Source of the DNA: Octopus sinensis
Taxonomy: Eukaryota
NCBI RefSeq assembly: GCF_006345805.1
Contig: NW_021825477.1
Location: 1 to 15,437 of the forward strand
Direction of reading: 5' to 3'
DNA length: 15,437 nucleotides
In this document: in pieces, positions 9,651 through 15,437 of the stretch
How the letters are laid out: each line of letters begins with the position of its first letter
Position numbering within the stretch: the stretch's first letter is position 1
Notes under the pieces: model-generated
Database searches by the model: none
What the model saw: only the letters and a program-made list of their open reading frames with translations
Told to the model about the DNA's origin: nothing
Translations under genes and position numbers: made by a program

Positions 9651-9990
9651 ATATAATATTAATTAGAGACAAAACCCACTATTATGCAAATCAAACAAAA
9701 GAAATACTTAATCCAATACATAAAAAATTTTATATAAATTAAATAAAATTATGTTATCCACTACAATTTCTTAAACGCTGTAATAAGTTAGTCATTTAAA
9801 CTTACTTCATAATTTAAAATTGAATAGAAGGTCTTGAAACCACCTGATGAATGTCCTTAGAAGTGACAGAAAACAATTGTAGTGGATAACATAATTTTAT
9901 TTAATTTATATAAAATTTTTAATTATTGGATTAAGTCTTTCTTTGTTTGATTTGCATAATAGTGGTTTTGTCTCTAATTAATATTATATA
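9650..9990 (+). mobile_element. Foldback element 3: about 118-bp inverted arms around a 106-bp spacer, hammerhead at the inner junction
   Basis: 9650-9768 versus reverse complement of 9875-9990 differ at about 5-6 positions; HHR core lies at 9844-9885. Confidence 0.85.
9840..9885 (+). ncRNA. Type I hammerhead ribozyme motif (HHR-4)
   Basis: CCAC-CTGATGA-A-TGTC...GACA-GAAA-A-CAATTG-TA-GTGG: stem I CCAC/GTGG, stem II TGTC/GACA, palindromic ACAATTGT, GUA triplet; one surplus A after GAAA. Confidence 0.75.
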
Positions 9991-10067
9991 TTTTACTATA
10001 AAATTGGATTCAATCCTAAATCTGATTTTTCCCTGTAAATTTGGATTTATTCTCTAATATTTATTAT

Positions 10068-10069
<2 letters not shown>

Positions 10070-10130
<61 letters not shown>
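10070..10130. repeat. (TA)n-(TG)n microsatellite
   Basis: Directly visible. Confidence 0.95.
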
Positions 10131-10135
<5 letters not shown>

Positions 10136-10850
10136 AAAATACAAACTGGGACAAGAACGCAAAACATTTAGGAGACGATACAAAAACACGGACGGGACAT
10201 TCGAAGCCTTCAATCTTCAGTCAAGAAGCGGATCATCCTCGCAATTTCGGCTGGTTAATCTTGAGATTGCTCCAATCTGGCCAGCCCCAAGGAAAAACTA
10301 AGCTAAGCGCATTAGATTCCTTGGAAGAAAGCTTCGAATGCATACAAAATAAGGACGGGAAAACGGATGATGTTACACGAATATGAATACAGAAATAATA
10401 CGTAAAAGCAATAATTATAATACGTAGAAACAATAATAATAATAAAATAACAATAATAGAACATCACAAACAGGCGTCTTTCGACGAGACGAATTAAGCT
10501 CAGCTGGCGTGTTAGGAATGTGCCTTGGGGCAGAGAAAAAAATGTTGATGTTGCCGCTACCGCTGCTAGACCCGAAAAGACCAGCAGTCGATCAGTCAGT
10601 CACATGTGAAGAGAAGAGAGAGGAAAAGAGGGACAGAGGAATTAAGGAGGGGGAGAAGAGAGAGAAAAAGAGGAACAAGGAATTAAGGAGGAGGAGAAGA
10701 GAGAGAGAGCTAGAAAAAGAGACAGGGGCAAAGTGAAGTGCAAAGTAAGAAAGGCAAAGTAATGTAGGAGAGGGGGGAGAGAGAGACAGAGTCGTACCAA
10801 GTTTAGAGAAATGTGTACTTACATATAAGAGAGAGGGTACGCACGTCGCT
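10131..10850 (-). mobile_element. Non-coding interspersed element (about 720 bp) with a structured end; probably retro-derived
   Basis: Bounded by microsatellites on both sides; pyrimidine-rich minus-strand body; its terminal about 190 bp recurs at 10868-11058. Strand and class are inferred. Confidence 0.5.
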
Positions 10851-10867
10851 ATATATATATATGTATG

Positions 10868-11055
10868 TATAAAAATACAAACTGGGACAAGAACGCAAAA
10901 CATTTAGGAGACGATACAAAAAACACGGATGGAACATTCGAAGCCTTCAATCTTCAGTCAAGGACCGGATCATCCTCGCAATTTCGGCTGATTAATCTGG
11001 AGATTACTCCAATCTGGCCAGCCCTAAGGAAAAACTAAGCTAAGCGCATTAGATT

Positions 11056-11058
<3 letters not shown>
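10868..11058 (-). repeat. Truncated second copy of the 10131-10320 terminus (direct repeat)
   Basis: tataaaaatacaaactgggacaagaacgc...gcgcattagattcc occurs at both positions with only scattered substitutions. Confidence 0.9.
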
Positions 11059-11134
<76 letters not shown>

Positions 11135-11156
11135 TTATTTACATATATACATATAT
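11059..11156. repeat. (TA)n-(CA)n-(TA)n microsatellite
   Basis: Directly visible. Confidence 0.95.
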
Positions 11157-11159
11157 GTG

Positions 11160-11880
11160 TCCTTCACTATCCATGACCTCATCTCCTCCTCCCGTCTCCC
11201 CCACCGCCTCTAACTTCATTGTCCGCACCCCTCGCACTTTAATTTACTTCCTCCCCAAAATACACAGACCTAACAACCCTGGCCGTCCCATCGTCTCCTC
11301 CTGCAACTACCTCACCGAACGCATCTCCAGATATCTTGACCGTGTCCTTGCCCCGCTAGTGGCTTCCCTCCCCTGTCTCGTCTATGACACCAACCATGCT
11401 CTTCGTTTGTTCAACTCTTTCTCCTTCTCTCCTGGCCCATCTACACTTCTCTTCACTCTTGACATCGAGAGTCTATACACGGTGATCCCTCACCACGAGG
11501 GGATTCATGCACTCCAGCATTTCCTTGACCTTCGACCCAACCTCCAACCTGACATATCCATAGTCCTTCGTCTGGCCGAACTTGTCCTCCCACTTCACTG
11601 CTTCTCGTTCGCGGGTGAATTTTACCAGCACTCCTCGGGAGTGGCCATGGGAACGAGAATGGGACCCAACTATTCGAACCTGTTCGTTGGCTACGTTGAG
11701 GCCCAAATACTCTCAAGTTTCACTGGTCCAACTCCTGAACTATACGGTCGTTATATTGACGACCGTATAGTGCGAACTTACTCTCCCGCGAACATCTAGA
11801 CTCATTCCTCTCTTTTGTCAAATCTTTCCAACCTGGCCTCCACTTCTCCAGCACTATATCCGAGATCTCAGTATCCTCTC
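11160..11880 (+). pseudogene. PLE reverse transcriptase fragment
   Basis: YFLPKIHRPNNPGRPIVSS, LFTLDIESLYTVIP, GVAMGTRMGPNYSNLFVG, YGRYIDD. Continues after a frameshift as LSREHLDSFLSFVKSFQPGLHFSSTISEISVS, then homology ends. Confidence 0.9.
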
Positions 11881-12148
11881 TTGCTGTGGCACCTACTTCC
11901 TCTCTTCACTCTTACCCACCTTCTCCCCTCCACCCTCACCCATCATAGTCACTCCTTCCCTCGTTACCCCACCCCTACCATCCCTATGCATCCCATCCAA
12001 CCCCCACCCCATTCTTTAGACCCACACTTGCTTCTCTCACTCTCGTCTCCCCCACACCTCAAAACCACCACTCCACACCACACACCACCATCAGATCGCT
12101 AGCCACTAAACCTTTTTCTATTTTCTCTCTCTGTTTATTTCTGTGTTC

Positions 12149-12184
12149 CTTTCTGTCAAAGAGCGTAGGCTCGAAACGTAAAAG
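12149..12184 (+). ncRNA. Minimal hammerhead motif with non-canonical core (HHR-5)
   Basis: CTTT-CTGTCAA-A-GAGC-GTAG-GCTC-GAAA-CG-TA-AAAG: stems I and II perfect, palindromic ACGT helix III, GUA triplet; core differs from CUGANGA at positions 6 and 8. Confidence 0.65.
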
Positions 12185-12298
12185 ACTTTCTCACTTCCCG
12201 AGCATTAAACTAATTCATCTGTTTGTTGTTTACACACCCGTCTTTTGTTTTCTTTTTTTTTGTAAATTCTCCCTATATATATATATGTATATATGTAA

Positions 12299-13293
12299 GC
12301 ACAGGCGTGGTTGTGAGGTATGAAGTTGCAACCACATGGTTCAGGGTTCAGTTCCACTGCGTAGCACCTTGGGCAAGTGCTTTCTACTACAACCTCAGGC
12401 TGATATATGTTTTCTTAGTAGATTTGGTAGACTGAAACTGAAAGAAGCCCGTTTTGTGTGTGTGTGTATATGTATATATATATATATATTATATGAAAAC
12501 GTGCGTTTGTGTGTGTGTGTCTTTGTGCCTATGTTTGTCCTCTACCACCGTTTGACAACCGGTGTTGTCATGTTTACGTTTCCATAACTTTGTAGTTCGG
12601 CAAAAGAGACCGATAGAATAAGTCTTCTTTTTTAATATACCCAGGCCTATTCCCCATTTTTTAGGAGGGGGTAGCCACAACAGCACACACATAAGGCATT
12701 CCATTCATTTCCCACCTCAAGGGGCGAGCCTCATTTTATGCTCGGGTCAAGACATAGAACACAACCCCCTAATATCAGTAGTGAGACCCGACAGCATATT
12801 CTAACTTACCCCCGCCACATCATGCTGGTTCCGTACCCCTTTAAGCAACATCAATATTCACTCATCCATCCACAAACACTCTCCAAGCTTTCCTATCATT
12901 TATAAACTCTCATGCCACTCTCACTCCAACATAGCTTTCCTCACTCCATCCATTCACACTAACCGATGCCTGTCTCTATTTCTGCTGACTACCAATTCTG
13001 TCTTCATCACCTTCCTTACCATCTGCTCCTCATTCATTCTCTTCATGTAGCCAAACCACCTCAACATTCGTCTATCCATTTTGGTTGTTAGTTTTTCTTT
13101 CATTCCTGCTCGCTTTCGCACCTCCTCATTCCTCATCCTGTCCAACCGTATCATACAAACCATAGCTCTCAAACATCTCTAGGCTTAAAAAAAAGTCCTG
13201 ATGTAGATTTGTTCGGCTAAAACCCTTCAAGGTGGTGCTTCAACATGGCCGCAGTCAAATAACCGAAACACGTAGAAGATTAAAAGATAAAAG
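12299..13293 (+). mobile_element. tRNA-derived SINE split by a LINE insertion (parts 12299-12623 and 13179-13293)
   Basis: Co-linear with the intact copy at 14755-15178: ...gatagaataagt | insertion | ctaggctt...catggccgcagtcaaat. Confidence 0.8.
12624..13178 (-). mobile_element. RTE-clade-like LINE 3' fragment (ORF C-terminus plus 3' UTR)
   Basis: Minus-strand LRAMVCMIRLDRMRNEEVRKRAG...RMLRWFGYMKRM resembles the RTE/BovB C-terminal LRWFGHV.RM motif; A-rich end at 12624. Confidence 0.8.
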
Positions 13294-13319
13294 CCATATA
13301 AAAGTCATATATGTATAAA

Positions 13320-14129
13320 TCTATATATATAAAACTTGTGTGTCTGTGTGTGTATCTGTGTGTTTAACTTCCTGGCACATCTCCTAGCCAACACATCGTA
13401 GAACCACCAAAAATGGGTCACTTTAGGCGAATGAAAATTGAACTGCGCTATTTCTGTTCCGAAATTCATCTCGCAAGTGCAAAAATCGATAATGTGTTTG
13501 TTTAGGCCTTATCCCATGCATTGAATAGTGAACTTTACTCAGTCAGCTGTTTGACGTGAACTGTGTTCACCACGCGTGCAAGCATGCGTAAATTGTATGA
13601 AAAATAAAAAATCAAGATATAAAAACGAATTGCCGTAAACATTGTGGAAATTCGGCAAAGAAATGAATTTTCGGGATGTCGCCTGGAGGGTTTTTTCGAA
13701 TTAATCGTTTGGACTTTGTGAACACATACCAATTGTTTTCATAACATTTTTAACGCTTTGAATTAAATGTGACCATTTTGCGTTGAGTCTGCAGTTTGAA
13801 TCACTTTAACCAAATTTTAGCTGGCCGGATTTTTGATCATCACGATACATCGCCAACGACTCCCTGAAACTCTCCCCTGAAATCCCCGTTGAGAAATACT
13901 GATCTAAAAGAATAATTCAACAATGCAATTATTTGATTTAACAAAAATTTATGAAACGCTTCTACGTACTTCCTATCGAGGAAATGGAACACATAAGCGT
14001 AAAAATAGAGGGCGTTAAATGCTTGATTTTAAAACCAAAATAATTGAATTTTGATTGAACTTCATCCAAGTTTAGCTTAATTCGCGCGTGCATAGAACGC
14101 ACGAGCGCACGAGCCGAGCAATACTGCTA

Positions 14130-14130
<1 letters not shown>
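13320..14130 (+). mobile_element. Non-autonomous Helitron (about 811 bp)
   Basis: 5' A|TCTATATATATAAAA; 3' GC-rich hairpin (cgtgc/gcacg, about 14085-14110) followed by CTAG|T; inserted between A and T; no RepHel ORF. Confidence 0.7.

Positions 14131-14166
<36 letters not shown>
14131..14166. repeat. (TA)n microsatellite
   Basis: Directly visible. Confidence 0.95.
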
Positions 14167-14167
<1 letters not shown>

Positions 14168-14370
14168 CATGGAATTATGTCAGTGAACAGGTCGCGGTCT
14201 CAAAGTGACGAAAATATTTTGGCAAATTAAATTTAAATGTTGAAGTAAATCTGACGGTCTTTGTGTGTTTTTTAAGGGGCTTATAAACACCTCCACGCTG
14301 CAATTGTTTTCGTTCCACCACACCATCTCATATTGGGTCATTTGCTATGCAAGTACATCTCCTATATACG
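14167..14370 (-). mobile_element. Probable non-coding end fragment of a DNA transposon
   Basis: Complex sequence bounded by TA repeats; resembles an octopus Tc1/mariner-type end from memory only. Confidence 0.3.
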
Positions 14371-14379
14371 TAATGTCTT

Positions 14380-14677
14380 TTTTTTAAGCTGGTACTTATT
14401 TCTCGGTCTCTTTCTTGCTGAACTGCTAGGTTAGAGGGACGTAAACAAGCCAACACTGGTTGTCATGCGGTACGGATGGGAGGAAACACTCACAAACACA
14501 AACAACACACATAGATGTATACATACATCACTTTCTGTCGACCACATCCACTCACAAGGTTTTGTGCGGCCCGGATCAATAGTAGAGGATAATTGTCCAA
14601 GGCACCATGCAATAGGATCGAAACCGGAACCATGTGGTTGGAAAACAAACTTACTACCACACTGTCACGTTGCGCCT
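14380..14677 (-). mobile_element. tRNA-derived SINE (diverged, 3'-truncated)
   Basis: Reverse complement gives ggcgcaacgtg...caaccacatggttccggtttcgatcc...ccttggacaa...ccttgtgagtgga, homologous to 14755-15178. Confidence 0.8.
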
Positions 14678-14689
14678 ATATATATATAT

Positions 14690-14740
14690 AGCGGTGGTGC
14701 CCCAGCATGGCCGCGGCCTTCGGGCTAAAAAATTTTTAAG
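14690..14740 (+). mobile_element. Isolated SINE 3'-tail fragment
   Basis: ggtggtgccccagcatggccgc matches the tail motif ggcggagctccagcatggccgc at about 15112-15132. Confidence 0.55.
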
Positions 14741-14754
14741 GATTTAAGGATATA

Positions 14755-15178
14755 GGCGCAGGAGTGGCTGTGTGGTAAGTAGCTTGCTAACCAACCACAT
14801 GGTTCCGGGTTCAGTCCTACTGCGTGGCATCTTGGGCAAGTGTCTTCTGCTATAGCCCCGGGCTGACCAATGCCTTGTGAGTGGATTTGAGACGGAACTG
14901 AAAGAAGCCTGTCGTATATATGTGTATATATATATTCTATGTATGTGTGTGTGTGTTTGTGTGTCTGTGTTTGTCCCCTAGCATTGCTTGACAACCGATG
15001 CTGGTGTGTTTACGTCCCCGTCACTTAGCGGTTCGGCAAAAGAGCCCGATAGAATAAGTACTGGGCTTACAAAGAATAAGTCCCGGGGTCGATTGGCTCG
15101 ACTAAAAAAAAGGCGGAGCTCCAGCATGGCCGCAGTCAAATGACTGAAACAAGTAAAAGAGAAAAGAGAGAAAGAGAA
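14755..15178 (+). mobile_element. tRNA-derived SINE, full-length
   Basis: A box TGGCTGTGTGG (14765-75), B box GGTTCAGTCC (14808-17), internal (TG)n, tail ...gactgaaacaagtaaaagagaaaag. Confidence 0.85.
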
Positions 15179-15180
15179 TA

Positions 15181-15213
<33 letters not shown>

Positions 15214-15377
15214 ATGTATATGCATGTGTGCCTCTGTATGTGTGTATGTGTGTGCGTCTGTGTCTATGTGGGTTTGTGTATCTATGTATGTATACATATA
15301 TATGTATATATATATGTATATATATATATAGGTATACATACACACACACATACACACACAAACACACACACACACAC

Positions 15378-15408
<31 letters not shown>

Positions 15409-15437
15409 TATATCTATACACATATATATATGTATAT
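15179..15437. repeat. (TA)/(TATG)/(TG)/(CA) microsatellite block
   Basis: Directly visible. Confidence 0.95.

Larger units (their letters stand above)
11157..12273 (+). mobile_element. Penelope-like retroelement, 5'-truncated and internally deleted
   Basis: PLE-type RT, pyrimidine-rich 3' region, minimal HHR motif and T-rich tail ending in (TA)n; no GIY-YIG domain remains. Confidence 0.85.

Noticed and set aside
10195-10250. Minus-strand GAAA and CTGAAGA as a type I or II hammerhead
   Set aside because: No valid helix III with a UH site, GAAT instead of GAAA after the core, and no stem I pairing.

Overview
AT-rich, microsatellite-dense eukaryotic non-coding DNA with no intact host gene. The SINE families resemble those I recall from octopus genomes, so an octopod host is inferred, not verified. 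Most short ORFs in the track are translated (TA)n/(CA)n repeats. Recognisable contents: a decayed mariner transposase (4629-5606, 3' TIR ending 5681); a 5'-truncated, internally deleted Penelope-like retroelement (PLE) with an RT fragment (11157-12273); an RTE-type LINE 3' fragment nested inside a SINE; several tRNA-derived SINEs; an apparently complete non-autonomous Helitron (13320-14130); a partially duplicated structured repeat (10131-11058); and an unidentified decayed ORF region (7808-9045). Main signal: five type I hammerhead-ribozyme (HHR) motifs from apparently unrelated families (1491-1564 +, 4137-4180 +, 5756-5843 -, 9840-9885 +, 12149-12184 +), all with palindromic helix III as in dimer-forming PLE hammerheads. 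Three sit at the inner junction of foldback (inverted-repeat) elements whose antisense arm ends inside or beside the ribozyme. This suggests a recurring class of hammerhead-centred foldback PLE derivatives. All folds were paired by eye and none has been tested.
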